The notes: generated by a model not told the origin, from the letters alone. A stretch of 64,000 nt of DNA from an uncultured delta proteobacterium (GCA_963743305.1 CAVUPH010000039.1:1-64000), one strand, 5' to 3'; counted from the stretch's first letter, positions 9,454-20,801 are shown. Numbers and translations: made by a program.

Positions 9454-9682
9454 GGAGGTCAAGATCTGGCGGGAGGCCACCGAAGAAGAGCGAGTTTTTC
9501 TGATTCAAGATTTTTTTAAGGAAGCTTCACATTTTGAAAAACCGGGGCTTTTTGTTTCTAAAGGAAAACCCCGGCCCCCAGGCGACAAATATGCTCACTT
9601 GGGCATCGCCAGCGATCCCATTTACGCGGTCTTCGCCGACAAGGTCGGCGGGGATCCAAATCGAAAAAAAAGGAGAATCACC

Positions 9683-10009
9683 ATGTCGACCGTCAACCGC
9701 AAGCTCAGTCCGGAAGAGTTAAGAGAAATAGAAAAGGAAGTTAAAAATACCCTTTGCTGCCCTTACTGCGGGGAAAAAATGAAAAAATGGGCCGTTCCCG
9801 ACAATCCCTTTTCTCAGACCTGGGACAATGATTTCATGTACATCTGCTTCAACGACGCCTGCCCCTATTATGTCCGGGGATGGGATCACATGGCCCGGGA
9901 AGTGCAAAAAAGTGTTTCCTATCGACTCATGTACAACCCCGAGCGGGATTATTGTCTGCCCATTCCCGTCCCGACGCCCTTTGCCTTAAAGGAGGGAATT
10001 GTCGAATAG
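9683..10009 (+). CDS. Small zinc-ribbon protein (CPYC...CFNDAC)
   Basis: RBS aggaga; two Cys pairs. Confidence 0.75.
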   Translation: MSTVNRKLSPEELREIEKEVKNTLCCPYCGEKMKKWAVPDNPFSQTWDNDFMYICFNDACPYYVRGWDHMAREVQKSVSYRLMYNPERDYCLPIPVPTPFALKEGIVE

Positions 10010-10017
10010 TAAAAAAA

Positions 10018-10156
10018 TGATAACCCCGCAAAAAGTCCCCTGGGCCGTCATTGCGAGCGAAGCGAAGCAATCCCCACCATGGCAACTAGCTGATTCTTGG
10101 GGATTGCTTCGCTTCGCTCGCAATGACGAGTTTTTCGATTTCTTGCGAATCCATCA
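10018..10156. repeat. REP palindrome nested in MITE-like ends
   Basis: gtcattgcgagcgaagcgaagcaatcccc/ggggattgcttcgcttcgctcgcaatgac within gcaaaaagtc...ttgcga. Confidence 0.8.
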
Positions 10157-10231
10157 AAAATAACCTTGCCTATTAAGGATGAACGTCGAACATCGAACGT
10201 CCAACATCGAATATTGAATGCCGGTTTATAG

Positions 10232-11281
10232 TTAGCTCGAGGTTGGGCGTTCGATGTTCATTTTTCCTTCAACGTCGGGTCCAGGATTTCTACTTTTAGC
10301 CTTCTGGCGCAGATTGTCGACATATTCATTAACGGTCTTTTGAAATTTCTCATTTTTCACCTGGGCCTCGACTTGTCGGCGAACTTCCTCCAGAGGAGCC
10401 ACCCCCGCGGGCTTTTTCCCGTAAACCTGGATTAGATGAAAGCCAAACTGGGTTTCCACTACGGGACTGATCTCCCCTTCCTTTAAAGCCAAGGCCGCCT
10501 TTTCAAAAGCCGGGACCATCCGGCCCTTTTCAAAATACCCTAAATCTCCGCCCCGGGACTTACTCGGGTCCTCGGAATACGTTTTGGCTAATTCGGAGAA
10601 ATCCTTGCCGGACTGGGCCTCCTTAAGCACGGATTCTATTTTTTCCTTGGCCTGCTTCTTTTGTTCCTCGGTGGCCTCCTTGGGCACTCGAATCAATATG
10701 TGACGCGCCCCAATAAGTTCTCCATGGCGATATCGCTCCAGATTGGCCTGGTAAGCCGCTTCCAATTCCGCGTCGGAGACTTTCACCAGCGGCTGGATTT
10801 TCTGGTTGATGACGGCCCGGACGTAAATGTTCTTTTTAATATTGTCCCTGGCCTGGTCCATCGTCAGCCCCTCTTTGGTCAATTGCTCCTCGAATTTCTC
10901 TTTTGAACCGGCCTGTTTTTCAGCCGCAGCCCACATGGCCTCTACTTGCGAGTTCACTTCGGGAAGGTTCAGGGCCTTCCCTTCCTGGTAAAGTAACTCC
11001 ACGGCTACGAATTGATCCAAGGCCTTGCGGCGAAGCGCTTCCGGACCCTCTTTATCCGCTTCTTTATCTCCAAACTGGCGGCGCATCTCCCGGATGGTCA
11101 TCTGCAGGTCCCGGTCATAGATTTTCGTGCCCTCAACCACCGCCACCGGTGCATCGGCTTTGGCCGCGACCACTTTTTCCTTGGTGGAGGAAGGAGGCAC
11201 CTGCGCCCAAACCGAAAAAGCGATCAAGATGCTTAGAATCCAGGATCCAACCCAAACCACGCCTTGTTTTTTTCTTGGCAT
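10232..11281 (-). CDS. PpiC-type peptidylprolyl isomerase (PrsA/SurA-like); C-terminus probably frameshifted
   Basis: ARHILI, FSELAKTYSEDPS, GGDLGYF, MVPAFE, VETQFGFHLI; signal peptide. Confidence 0.92.
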   Translation of the reverse strand: MPRKKQGVVWVGSWILSILIAFSVWAQVPPSSTKEKVVAAKADAPVAVVEGTKIYDRDLQMTIREMRRQFGDKEADKEGPEALRRKALDQFVAVELLYQEGKALNLPEVNSQVEAMWAAAEKQAGSKEKFEEQLTKEGLTMDQARDNIKKNIYVRAVINQKIQPLVKVSDAELEAAYQANLERYRHGELIGARHILIRVPKEATEEQKKQAKEKIESVLKEAQSGKDFSELAKTYSEDPSKSRGGDLGYFEKGRMVPAFEKAALALKEGEISPVVETQFGFHLIQVYGKKPAGVAPLEEVRRQVEAQVKNEKFQKTVNEYVDNLRQKAKSRNPGPDVEGKMNIERPTSS

Positions 11282-11457
11282 AACCGATCTCCATTCCATG
11301 ATTTCTTTGCCGGGCTGTAATTCGCCCGACTGGTTATTATAACCCAAGCCGGCGGCAAAAAAAACCTTATTTACAAAACAGATTCAATTGTGTTATGAGG
11401 ATCAACAACTTCTAACTGATTGACTGTCGACCCCAATCAAACGGTCACCCAATTAAT

Positions 11458-11619
11458 TTAGTACGAAAATAGAAGATTCGGTGGTTATTCCAGCCCTTTT
11501 GAAATCCCCCTAAATCTCCCTTTGCTAAAGGGGGACTTTAACTCCCCCCTTTGGCAAAGGGGGGCGGGGGGGGATTTTCATACTTCGGGGTGCCCGCCCC
11601 GGGCAAGAGAGTTTTCTAG
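11458..11619 (+). mobile_element. Asymmetric-end element carrying CCCCCTTT..AAAGGGGG hairpins
   Basis: ttagtacgaaaatag ... attttcatacttcggggtgcccgccccgggca. Confidence 0.6.
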
Positions 11620-11635
11620 ACCACGCAGGAGGGCC

Positions 11636-12916
11636 ATGAAAAACCGAGACGTTGGTTACTATGACCCCCAGGGAGAGACCCTGGCCATCAACCTGAAACA
11701 TGATTTCCAGCGCCGGAAGCTTGGTGAAATCCTTCCTCTGGCCTACAGGGGATCGGCGGCCGTCCGGGAAAATTTTGACCGCCAGGGTTTAAAAGCCGAA
11801 GAAATCCAGTCTATCGAGGATCTGGAACGGATCCCGATCACTAAAAAATCAGAATTAATTGCCATTCAGAAAGAGCACCCGCCTTTCGGCGGCCGCCTGA
11901 CCCTTCCGTTAAACCAGCTTAAACGCATCTATGTTTCCCCGGGACCCATATTCGACCCTTTGGGCCCCGGTCGGGCCGATCCCCGTTGCTGCAAATGCCT
12001 ATTTGCCGCCGGGATCCGGCCGGGCGATCTGGTCCAGAATACTTTCCTTTATCATTTCACTCCCTTTGGATTATATTTTGATGATGCCCTGGTGGAGATG
12101 GGCTGCACCGTGATCCCGGCCGGGGTGGGCAACACCGAACTTCAGGCACAGGTCATGCAGGCCCTGAAGGTGAACGGCTATATCGGGACCCCCAGTTTCC
12201 TGAAAGCCGTCCTGGACAAAGTCGAGGAATTGGGATTTAATCCCCGGGAGGATCTGGATTTAAAGGTGGCGGTGGTGGGGGCCGAAATGCTGGCTGAATC
12301 CCTCCGGTCCGAGATTGAATCCCGAGTCGGCCTGAAGGTCTGCCAAGCCTACGGCACGGCCGACGTGGGCCTGATCGGCCACGAATGCCCGGAGAAGAAT
12401 GGGTATCACCTTTTCGATATGGAAATGTACTTTGAGGTGGTGGACCCCTCCACCGGACGGCAAACACCGCCCGGGGAAATCGGAGAGCTGGTGGTCACCA
12501 GCTTTAACCCGGTGTATCCCCTGATCCGCTTCGGCACCGGAGATTTGACCGCCAGCGATGATTCCCGCTGCCCCTGCGGCAGGACATCCCCCCGACTAAA
12601 AGGGCTTTATGGCCGGGTGGATCAAGTCACTAAAGTCCGGGCCATGTTCATCCACCCCAGCCAGGTGGATCAGGTCATTGGCCGGAATCCGGAAGTTTCC
12701 CGGGGCCGAATAGTCGTGACCCAGCAAAACCATCAGGATGAAATGAACTTCCAGATTGAACTGAAGGACGATTTGATAGAAGCGGAGCCGCTGCTTAAAA
12801 AAATGCGGGAAGATATCCGGGAAATCATGCGGCTCCGGGGGGAAGTGATAATTGTCCATCGAGGAACCATCCCGGCCGACGCTAAAAGGATTGAAGACCG
12901 ACGAACCTGGGATTGA
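11636..12916 (+). CDS. Phenylacetate-CoA ligase-like (PaaK family) AMP-binding protein
   Basis: SPGPIFDP, YIGTPSFL, YGTADVG, YPLIRFGTGDL, GRVD..KVRAMFIHPSQ. Confidence 0.88.
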   Translation: MKNRDVGYYDPQGETLAINLKHDFQRRKLGEILPLAYRGSAAVRENFDRQGLKAEEIQSIEDLERIPITKKSELIAIQKEHPPFGGRLTLPLNQLKRIYVSPGPIFDPLGPGRADPRCCKCLFAAGIRPGDLVQNTFLYHFTPFGLYFDDALVEMGCTVIPAGVGNTELQAQVMQALKVNGYIGTPSFLKAVLDKVEELGFNPREDLDLKVAVVGAEMLAESLRSEIESRVGLKVCQAYGTADVGLIGHECPEKNGYHLFDMEMYFEVVDPSTGRQTPPGEIGELVVTSFNPVYPLIRFGTGDLTASDDSRCPCGRTSPRLKGLYGRVDQVTKVRAMFIHPSQVDQVIGRNPEVSRGRIVVTQQNHQDEMNFQIELKDDLIEAEPLLKKMREDIREIMRLRGEVIIVHRGTIPADAKRIEDRRTWD

Positions 12917-13004
12917 AGGCGGGAGGCGCTTGCTGGATGCTGGATTGAAAAAAAATACGAAAACAGAACGGAGAAGAATTTAAAAAAGGAAAGGAACTCA
13001 AGTC

Positions 13005-14163
13005 ATGCAATATAGTCTGACCGAAGAACAGCTCATGCTGAAGGATATGATCGGCCGCCTGGCTAAGGGAAAGATCGCCCCCGGGGCGGCGGAACGGGAC
13101 GAAAAAGGGGAATTCGCCGCGGACATGGTGGAACTGCTTCGGGAAAACGGCCTTTTTGCCGCCGATTTTCCCAAGGAATACGGCGGCGGAGGAAATGGGA
13201 CTCCTCTCCCTGTGCCTGATTATCGAGGAAGTAGCCAAGGCCTGCGCCTCCACCTCGCTCATCCTGGCCGTCCATGAACTGGGCTCCATGCCCATCTTTT
13301 TGGCCGGAAACAAGGAACAGAAGGATAAATACTTCCCCAAATTGGCGACGGGTGAATATCTGGCGGCCTTTGGTCTGACCGAACCGAATGCCGGCTCCGA
13401 TGTGTCCGGTCTGACCACCAAGGCCGCGCGGGACGGGGAAAATTATGTTCTAAACGGGAGAAAAATTTTTATTTCCCACGGGGACGTGGCCCAGGTGGTT
13501 TGTATAGCCGCCAAGACCAATCTGGAAGTTCCCGGCCACAAGGGCATCAGCATGTTTATCGTGGAAAAAGGTACCCCGGGCTTTACCATCGGCAAGCATG
13601 AGAATAAAATGGGGATCCGGGGCTCCTCCACGGTGGAGCTCATCCTGGAGGAAGTGCGGGTGCCCAAGGAAAACCTTCTCGGACAGGAAGGAATGGGCTT
13701 TAACATCCTGATGAAAACCCTGGATTTCACCCGCATCCCGGTAGCCGCCCAGGCCCTGGGCATCGCCCAGGGGGCCCTGGACTACGCTATCAATTACACC
13801 AAGGAGCGCGTCCAGTTCGGAAAACCTGTTTTTGCCAATCAGGGCATTCAATGGATGATCGCCGAAATGGCCGCCAAGCTGGAGGCGGCCCGACAACTCA
13901 CCTACAAGGCCGCCGCACTTTATCAGACCTTTCCCAAAAATTTAGACCGGATGACGGCCGAAGCCGTTCGTTATTCAGCCATGTGCAAGATGTTGGCCGC
14001 CGATACGGCCATGAGTGTGACCACCGATTGCGTCCAGTTGTTGGGCGGCTACGGCTTTATCAAGGAATATCCGGTGGAACGGATGATGCGGGACGCCAAG
14101 ATCACCCAAATCTACGAAGGCACCTCGCAGGTGCAAAAGATGGTGATCGCCTCCACCCTCTAA
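13005..14163 (+). CDS. Acyl-CoA dehydrogenase (frameshift near 13190)
   Basis: FGLTEPNAGSD, LNGRKIFIS, KMGIRGS, QLLGGYGF, RDAKITQIYEGT. Confidence 0.93.
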
Positions 14164-14248
14164 GCGCAAAGCGCGGAGCGTAGGGCGCGGAGCGTAGGGC
14201 GCAGAGCGTTTTTTTAAATGGGCTCAAAATAGAAACAACGCCCTGAAG

Positions 14249-14333
14249 CGTCATTCCCGCGACGCTTCTGAGCGGGAATCCAGAATTTTCTTAAGGAACA
14301 TTGGATCCCCGACAAAGACATTCGGGGATGACG
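14249..14333. repeat. REP-like palindrome CGTCATTCCCG...GGGGATGACG
   Basis: Intergenic imperfect inverted repeat. Confidence 0.7.
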
Positions 14334-14347
14334 AGAAATTACTTTAT

Positions 14348-15231
14348 ATGGAATTGATTCTGCAAATCATTGTCAGCGGCCTGGCCACCGGCGGCGTTTA
14401 TGGGTTGATCGCCCTGGGTTTTGTGCTGATCTACAAAGCCACCAGTGTCTTGAACCTGGCCATGGGCGATTTTATGACCCTGGGGGCCTTCATCTGTCTG
14501 ACCGTGCTGGAAAAATTTCAGGCCCCTTTTTATGCGGCCTTTCTGGTCACCCTGCTGTGCGCCTTTGTCATTGGGGTGACCGTAGAACGGGTTATTCTCC
14601 GGCCGCTGATCGGGGAACCCGTCATTTCCGTCATCATGGTCACCATCGGTTTGGGGGTGTTTTTGCGGGGGCTCATGTACATGATTTGGACCCCCGTCTT
14701 TCGAAATTTCCCGGATATCTTTCCCCCCAGCCACTCAACCTGGGATTTGCCGTTGTCCCCTCCGGTCTGCTCTGGGGGTTTATCTTTGCCGTCATCGCTA
14801 CTTTCATCTTTCTGTTTATCTTTAAATTTTCCCGGACCGGGGTGGCCATGCGGGCCACGGCCAATGACCAGCAGGCCGCCCAATCCATGGGCATCAGCGT
14901 CCGCTGGGTCTTCGCCCTGGCCTGGAGTTTCGGCGCCGTGGCTTCGGTGATCGGCGGGATCGTCATCGGCAATCTCTCCGGTATCAGTGTTTACATGGGC
15001 GATATCGGGCTCAAGGTGTTGGCCGTCATTATTTTAGGCGGATTGGACAGCATCGGCGGCGCCATCCTGGGGGGGTTTATTATCGGGGTTCTGGAAAACC
15101 TGGCCGGTTTCTACATTGATCCCCTGGTCGGCGGCGGCATAAAAAACGTGGCTCCTTTCTTTATCCTGGTGATCATCCTGATGATCCGCCCTTATGGGCT
15201 GTTCGGCAAAAAGCTGATTGAACGGGTTTAG
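14348..15231 (+). CDS. livH: Branched-chain amino acid type ABC permease (frameshift near 14725)
   Basis: GLATGGVYGLIALGFVLIY...NLA; GVAMRATA; ILGGLDS; IRPYGLFG. Confidence 0.88.
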
Positions 15232-16275
15232 ATGCGTTGCGGTGATTTTAAAGAATCGTATATTCAGGACGACGCCATTTTTCAGTCCGGGCCCGTCAAG
15301 TTTTTTCTGGCCCTCTTTTTCATTTTCCTCTTGATCTTTCCCTTCGTGGCCAATGCCTATATGCTTTACCTGGCCAACATGATCGGGTTTGCCGTCATCG
15401 GGGCCGTGGGGTTAAACCTGCTCACCGGTTTCACCGGACAAATATCGCTGGGCCACTCGGCCTTTATCGGGGTAGGGGCCTATACCTCAGCGATCCTGGT
15501 CACCCGTTTAGGCTTCTCTTTCTGGCTGTCCCTGCCCTTCGCCGGCCTGGTTTCAGCCTTGGCCGGTCTGATTATCGGGCTTCCTTCGCTGCGGGTCAAA
15601 GGTCTGTATCTGTGCATCGCCACCTTGGCCTCCCAATTCATTCTGGAATTTATTTTTGTGCACTGGGAATCCCTGACCCGGGGAATCACCGGCATCCACA
15701 TTCCCGCGCCGCAGATCGGCAGTTTTGTTTTTTCCACGGAAAAGAAGTTCTATTGGATTACCCTGTTTTTTGTCATCATCGCCGTGGCCTATGCCCGGAA
15801 CCTGGTTCGGTCCCGCATGGGCCGGGCCTTTGTGGCCATCCGGGACCGGGATTTATCGGCCGAAATTATCGGCATCGATCTCCTCCGTTATAAATTGAGC
15901 GCCTTCGCCATCAGTTCCTTCTATGCCGGTGTAGCCGGTGCCCTTTGGGTGAGTTTTCTGAAGGTGGTCACTCCCGAACATTTCCCCTTTATCCTCAGCA
16001 TCCAATTCTTGGCCATGGTCATCATCGGAGGCTTGGGCAGCATCCTAGGCTCCATCTTCGGCGCGGTATTCATGACCATTGTCCCTGAATTTTTAGGTTA
16101 TATGGCCACGGTGGTGAAAACGCTGGCTCCCGGGTATGATCAGTTATTCATTCCGATGAAAGAGGTGATTTTCGGAGGTTTGATCATCGTTTTCCTGATT
16201 TTTGAGCCTCATGGACTGGCGGAAATATGGAACCGCGTAAAGAGCGTCTTCCGCCTTTGGCCGTTCTCGTACTAA
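15232..16275 (+). CDS. livM: Branched-chain amino acid type ABC permease
   Basis: GLNLLTGFTGQISLGH, GRAFVAIRD, IIGGLGSI, EPHGL. Confidence 0.9.
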   Translation: MRCGDFKESYIQDDAIFQSGPVKFFLALFFIFLLIFPFVANAYMLYLANMIGFAVIGAVGLNLLTGFTGQISLGHSAFIGVGAYTSAILVTRLGFSFWLSLPFAGLVSALAGLIIGLPSLRVKGLYLCIATLASQFILEFIFVHWESLTRGITGIHIPAPQIGSFVFSTEKKFYWITLFFVIIAVAYARNLVRSRMGRAFVAIRDRDLSAEIIGIDLLRYKLSAFAISSFYAGVAGALWVSFLKVVTPEHFPFILSIQFLAMVIIGGLGSILGSIFGAVFMTIVPEFLGYMATVVKTLAPGYDQLFIPMKEVIFGGLIIVFLIFEPHGLAEIWNRVKSVFRLWPFSY

Positions 16276-16347
16276 CCAGGATTTGGGGCCCCTGCCCCAA
16301 ATCCTGAAAATAACAAGTCAATGAACCCGGTAAAAGTTTCCCACTCG

Positions 16348-16443
16348 CGTCATAGCGGGGAGAAAAGCGACGAAGCAATCCCCCAGGCAGCTTACACCTT
16401 TCCCAGGCTCGCCTGGGGATTGCTTCACTTCGCTCGCAATGAC
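16348..16443. repeat. REP palindrome (GTCAT..GAAGCAATC / GATTGCTTC..GCAATGAC)
   Basis: Same family as 3579, 10047 and 39436. Confidence 0.75.
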
Positions 16444-16602
16444 ATAGGTGTTTGGAATTTATTTTTATACCAAGAAAGGGGGGAATCGCCGGGCATATCA
16501 TAATAATAGGAGATCCGTTCCGAACCGCGTTCATTCTCTTGGATTTCGCGATTCGGGTTTAAAGGCAAGCGAGCAACCATCAAACAAAAGGGGGGGTTCA
16601 TA

Positions 16603-17772
16603 ATGAAAAAAGCACTTATAGTTAGTATAATTATGGCGCTGGCCCTGGGCGTCTATCAGGTCAGCCAGGCCCAGCAGACATACACCCTGGGGGCGGTTCA
16701 TCCTTTTACCGGCCGGTTTGCTTTCGCCGGGATCCAAGGGCAGGACGGCATGAAAGACGCCGTGGATATGACCAATGAGGCCGGGGGCATCAACGGAAAA
16801 AAACTGCTGTATTTCTGGAAGGACGGCGAATACAAGGACGACGTGGGCATTGCCGCCTTTAAAAGCCTCTATACCCAGTACAAGCCCCAGATCATGTGGG
16901 GCCAGAGCACGGGCATGACCAAGGCCCTGGGACCGGAGATCAAGGACCGTTACAAGGTCCTCTACTCGGCCTACACCTTCGCCGATGTGGCCGCCAATCC
17001 CAAGGAAAATCCTTACCTCTTCATTCCCGGCCCGACCTATTCTGAAATGTTCGCCGTGCTGCTCAATTACATCGCCAAACAAAAACCCGGAGCCAATGTG
17101 GCTTTTTTCTATAGCGACACCGAGTTCGGCCGGGAGCCCATTGCCTTCGGCCGGGAATATGCCAAAAAATTAGGCTTGAAAGTCGTGGCCGAAGAAGTGA
17201 CTAAAGTGGGCGGAGTGGACGTAACCACCCAAATCCTGGATATGAAACAGAAGAATACGGAGTTCTGCATCTTCCAGGGCTTTGTTTCCGATCCCATCAA
17301 GACGGTTATGAAGCAGGCCAAAGACTATGGGCTTAAATGTCAGTTCATGGGTACCTTCTGGTCCACCGAAAAACATCTGCTGGATGCACTGGGTCCCTTG
17401 GCCGACGAATATATCGGCGTGACGGCCTATTCTTATTATTATCAGGACCAATACCCGATGATCAAGAAAATCCGAGAATGGGTCCATAAGCACAATCCCA
17501 AGGGCGCCGACTACCGATCCCAGGCCTACATGCAGGTCTTTATGGGCACCACCCTGATGATCGAGGCCCTCAAACGGGCCGATAAAGCAGGCCCGGTGAC
17601 CGGTGACAGCCTGGTCAAGGCCCTCCAGTCCATCAAGAATTTCGATGTAGGCGGATTGATGCCCCCGGTAACCATCAAAGGCAACAGCATTCCGGTGGGA
17701 CGCATCGTCCGCGGGAACTCCAAGACCGGGAAATTCGACCCCGTTACGGACTGGATCATTCTGGATCTGTAA
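16603..17772 (+). CDS. ABC transporter substrate-binding protein (LivK-like)
   Basis: Signal peptide; NEAGGINGKK motif; position in operon. Confidence 0.9.
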   Translation: MKKALIVSIIMALALGVYQVSQAQQTYTLGAVHPFTGRFAFAGIQGQDGMKDAVDMTNEAGGINGKKLLYFWKDGEYKDDVGIAAFKSLYTQYKPQIMWGQSTGMTKALGPEIKDRYKVLYSAYTFADVAANPKENPYLFIPGPTYSEMFAVLLNYIAKQKPGANVAFFYSDTEFGREPIAFGREYAKKLGLKVVAEEVTKVGGVDVTTQILDMKQKNTEFCIFQGFVSDPIKTVMKQAKDYGLKCQFMGTFWSTEKHLLDALGPLADEYIGVTAYSYYYQDQYPMIKKIREWVHKHNPKGADYRSQAYMQVFMGTTLMIEALKRADKAGPVTGDSLVKALQSIKNFDVGGLMPPVTIKGNSIPVGRIVRGNSKTGKFDPVTDWIILDL

Positions 17773-17857
17773 GGGTGTAGGGCACAGGGTATAGGGTGTA
17801 GGGAACACGGAGGGAAATTCCCCCCAACCCTACCCCCTACACCCCAAACCCTCAATT

Positions 17858-19777
17858 ATGGCGAATATGACTGAACCCATTAAAACCCTACCCGGCCTGC
17901 TGAAACGCAATGCCCGGGCATTTGGTCCGGATAAAGTGGCCCTGCGCGAGAAGGAATTCGGGATCTGGCAGTCCGTTTCCTGGCAGGAATATTTCGACCG
18001 GATACGCTTCTTGGCCCTCGGTCTGGTGAAACTCGGCTATGAGCCGGGAGACAAACTCTCGGTGATCGGAGACAACCGCCCGGAGTGGCTATATGCGGAA
18101 TTGGCCATCCAGGCCTTAGGGGGAGCCGTGGTCGGCATCTACCCCGACAGCCACCTGGAGCAGGTCCGTTACATCATCGACCACTCCGATTCCGTGTTCA
18201 TCATGGTGGAAGACCAGGAACAGACCGACAAGATCCTGAACATGATCGATGAGATCCCCAAGGTCAAGAAAGTCATCGTCGATGACCTGAAAGGGATGCG
18301 CCGCTATAACCACCCGCTGCTCATCCCCTTCAAACAGGTGCTGGAAATGGGCCGGGAGGCGGACCGCAAGGATGCCGGGCTTTTCGACCGATTTCTGGAT
18401 CAGGTCAATGAAGAGGACGTGGCCCTGATCCTTTATACCTCGGGAACGACGGGCCTCCCCAAAGGGGTGATGCTCACCCACCGCAATATGGTCCGGATGA
18501 TTGAAAATTTCGATCAGGTGGACCCGGCCTTTCCGGCCGACAACCACGTTTCTTTCTTGCCCTTGCCCTGGGTGGGCGAACAGGCCACCGCCGTCGCCTG
18601 GAACCTGTACAAGGGCGTGACCATCAATTTTCCGGAAAAAGTGGAGACCGTTTCAGTGGACATTCGGGACATTGGTCCGAACCTCCTCCTGGCGCCTCCC
18701 CGCCACTGGGAAAAGATGTGTTCCGACATCCAGGTCAAGATCCAGGATGCGGCCTGGATCAAGCGCTTTCTTTACAAAAGCTGTATGCCTATCGGCTACC
18801 GGATGGCTGAATTTCGACTGAAAGGGATCCGACCCGGGGTGCTATACTCCCTGCTGGACAAGGCCTGTTACCTGCTGCTGTTCCGTTCCCTGAAGAATTA
18901 TCTGGGTCTTACCAATTTGCGGAACGTTTACACCGGCGGGGCGCCCATCGGGCCGGAGGTCTTTAATTTTTTCATGGCCCTGGGCATCAACATCAAACAG
19001 CTTTACGGGCAGACCGAGGTCACCGGACTGGCCGTGGGGCATCGCAATGAAAGCGTTAAATTGAATACCGTCGGCTCCCCCATGCCGGAAGTGGAACTGA
19101 AGATATCCGATGTGGGGGAAATCCTGATCAATGGGCCCATCGTTTTCAAAGGCTACTACAAGAACGAGGAAGCCACCCGCAAAACCCTGGACGAGGAAGG
19201 GTGGGTCCATACCGGCGATGAAGGGCTCTTGGATGAAGACGGCCAACTCATCATGATCGACCGGCAGAAGGACGTTATGCGCCTGGGCGACGGCAGCAAA
19301 TTTTCTCCTCAACTTATCGAGAACAAGCTGAAGTTCAGCCCCTATATCAATGAAGCCATGGTGGTGGGCAAGGACCGCCCTTACATTGCCGCCCTGATCA
19401 TCATGGATCTGGGCAACATGAGCAAATGGGCTGAAAACAACAAATTGACCTTTACCACCTTTACCGACCTTTCCCAGAAGCCGGAGATCTATGACCTGAT
19501 CGCGGAGGAGATCCGACGAATCAACCAGTCCCTGCCCAAGGTCGCCCGGGTCAAGCGGTTCGTGATGCTCTATAAGGAATTGGATGCCGACGACGACGAG
19601 ATGACCCGAACCCGTAAGCTCCGGCGGGGCTTTGTAGCCGAACGCTACGCCCATCTGATCGAGGCCCTTTACGAAGACCGGGAGGAACTGGCGGTGGAGT
19701 CCGAAATCCGCTATCAGGACGGGACCGGGTTTACTATGAAGACCCGGGTTAAAATCAAAGAGGTCCAGATCGACTGA
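17858..19777 (+). CDS. Long-chain acyl-CoA synthetase (FadD-like)
   Basis: YTSGTTGLPKG, YGQTE, GWVHTGD, IDRQKD. Confidence 0.92.
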   Translation: MANMTEPIKTLPGLLKRNARAFGPDKVALREKEFGIWQSVSWQEYFDRIRFLALGLVKLGYEPGDKLSVIGDNRPEWLYAELAIQALGGAVVGIYPDSHLEQVRYIIDHSDSVFIMVEDQEQTDKILNMIDEIPKVKKVIVDDLKGMRRYNHPLLIPFKQVLEMGREADRKDAGLFDRFLDQVNEEDVALILYTSGTTGLPKGVMLTHRNMVRMIENFDQVDPAFPADNHVSFLPLPWVGEQATAVAWNLYKGVTINFPEKVETVSVDIRDIGPNLLLAPPRHWEKMCSDIQVKIQDAAWIKRFLYKSCMPIGYRMAEFRLKGIRPGVLYSLLDKACYLLLFRSLKNYLGLTNLRNVYTGGAPIGPEVFNFFMALGINIKQLYGQTEVTGLAVGHRNESVKLNTVGSPMPEVELKISDVGEILINGPIVFKGYYKNEEATRKTLDEEGWVHTGDEGLLDEDGQLIMIDRQKDVMRLGDGSKFSPQLIENKLKFSPYINEAMVVGKDRPYIAALIIMDLGNMSKWAENNKLTFTTFTDLSQKPEIYDLIAEEIRRINQSLPKVARVKRFVMLYKELDADDDEMTRTRKLRRGFVAERYAHLIEALYEDREELAVESEIRYQDGTGFTMKTRVKIKEVQID

Positions 19778-19827
19778 TTATGTTTCCGCCAATAATCCTT
19801 TATGCCATCCTGGGCCCTTCGCCTCCT

Positions 19828-19935
19828 GTCATCCTGAGCGAAGCGAAGGATCTCGTCTTTCGGCTCAGGGTAAACTCCGCGAAGGATCTCGCAACTTCTG
19901 AAGCCCCGAGATTCTTCGCTTTCGCTCAGAATGAC
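19828..19935. repeat. REP palindrome GTCATCCTGAGCGAAGCGAAGGATCT...AGATTCTTCG..CTCAGAATGAC
   Basis: Intergenic inverted repeat. Confidence 0.75.
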
Positions 19936-19976
19936 AAAAATCAATTACCGGACTCTTGGCGAGGATACAAATAATT

Positions 19977-20801
19977 ATGACCCCGACAAATAACCCTTAT
20001 TCTCCCGAGGAATACCAGTTGATCCTGGAGGATATTACCCTAACCTTCGGGGGAATCAACGCCCTTTCCGGGGTCAGTACCGGGGTAAAAAAGGGAGAGA
20101 TCTTCGCCATTATCGGACCCAATGGGGCCGGGAAAACCTGTATCCTCAACTGCATCAACCGCTTCTATCATCCGGACCCGGGGCGGATCTTTTTTGAGGG
20201 CCGGGAGATCACCCGGATCAAGGCCCATAAAATAGCTAAATTGGGAATCGCCCGGACCTTCCAGAATGTGGAGCTTTTCGGCCACATGACCGTTATGGAC
20301 AATATTAAGCTCGGACGCCATGTCCATCTGAAGTCCGGTTTTCTCTCCGGTGGGATTTATTACGGCAAAACGCGACGGGAAGAGACGGCCCTGCGGAAAG
20401 AGATTGAGGAAACGATCATTGATCTTCTGGAAATTGAGGCCATCCGCAAACGGACCGTCCATACCCTGCCTTACGGGCTGCAGAAGCGAGTGGAGCTGGC
20501 TCGGGCCTTGGCCATGAAGCCCAAGTTGCTCCTGCTGGACGAACCGGCCACCGGCATGAACCTGGAGGAAACCGAAGACATGGCCCGCTTCATCCTGGAC
20601 ATCAACGATGAATGGGGAGTGACCATTATCCTGATCGAACACGACATGGGCATGGTTATGGACATCAGCGACCGGATCTGCGTCCTCGATTTCGGGCGCA
20701 AAATTGCCGAGGGTCCTCCCCTGGAAATCCGGCACCATCCGCAGGTCATTCAGGCTTATCTGGGCGAAGAAACGTTGACCTTTTCGCGGCTGGGCGCGTA
20801 A
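19977..20801 (+). CDS. livG: ABC ATP-binding protein
   Basis: GPNGAGKT, ARTFQN, LPYG, LLDEP, IEHDM, AYLG. Confidence 0.9.
   Translation: MTPTNNPYSPEEYQLILEDITLTFGGINALSGVSTGVKKGEIFAIIGPNGAGKTCILNCINRFYHPDPGRIFFEGREITRIKAHKIAKLGIARTFQNVELFGHMTVMDNIKLGRHVHLKSGFLSGGIYYGKTRREETALRKEIEETIIDLLEIEAIRKRTVHTLPYGLQKRVELARALAMKPKLLLLDEPATGMNLEETEDMARFILDINDEWGVTIILIEHDMGMVMDISDRICVLDFGRKIAEGPPLEIRHHPQVIQAYLGEETLTFSRLGA

Noticed and set aside
9468-9500. caccgaagaag resembling a glycine riboswitch core
   Set aside because: The GGAGA stem and downstream CTCAGG elements are missing.
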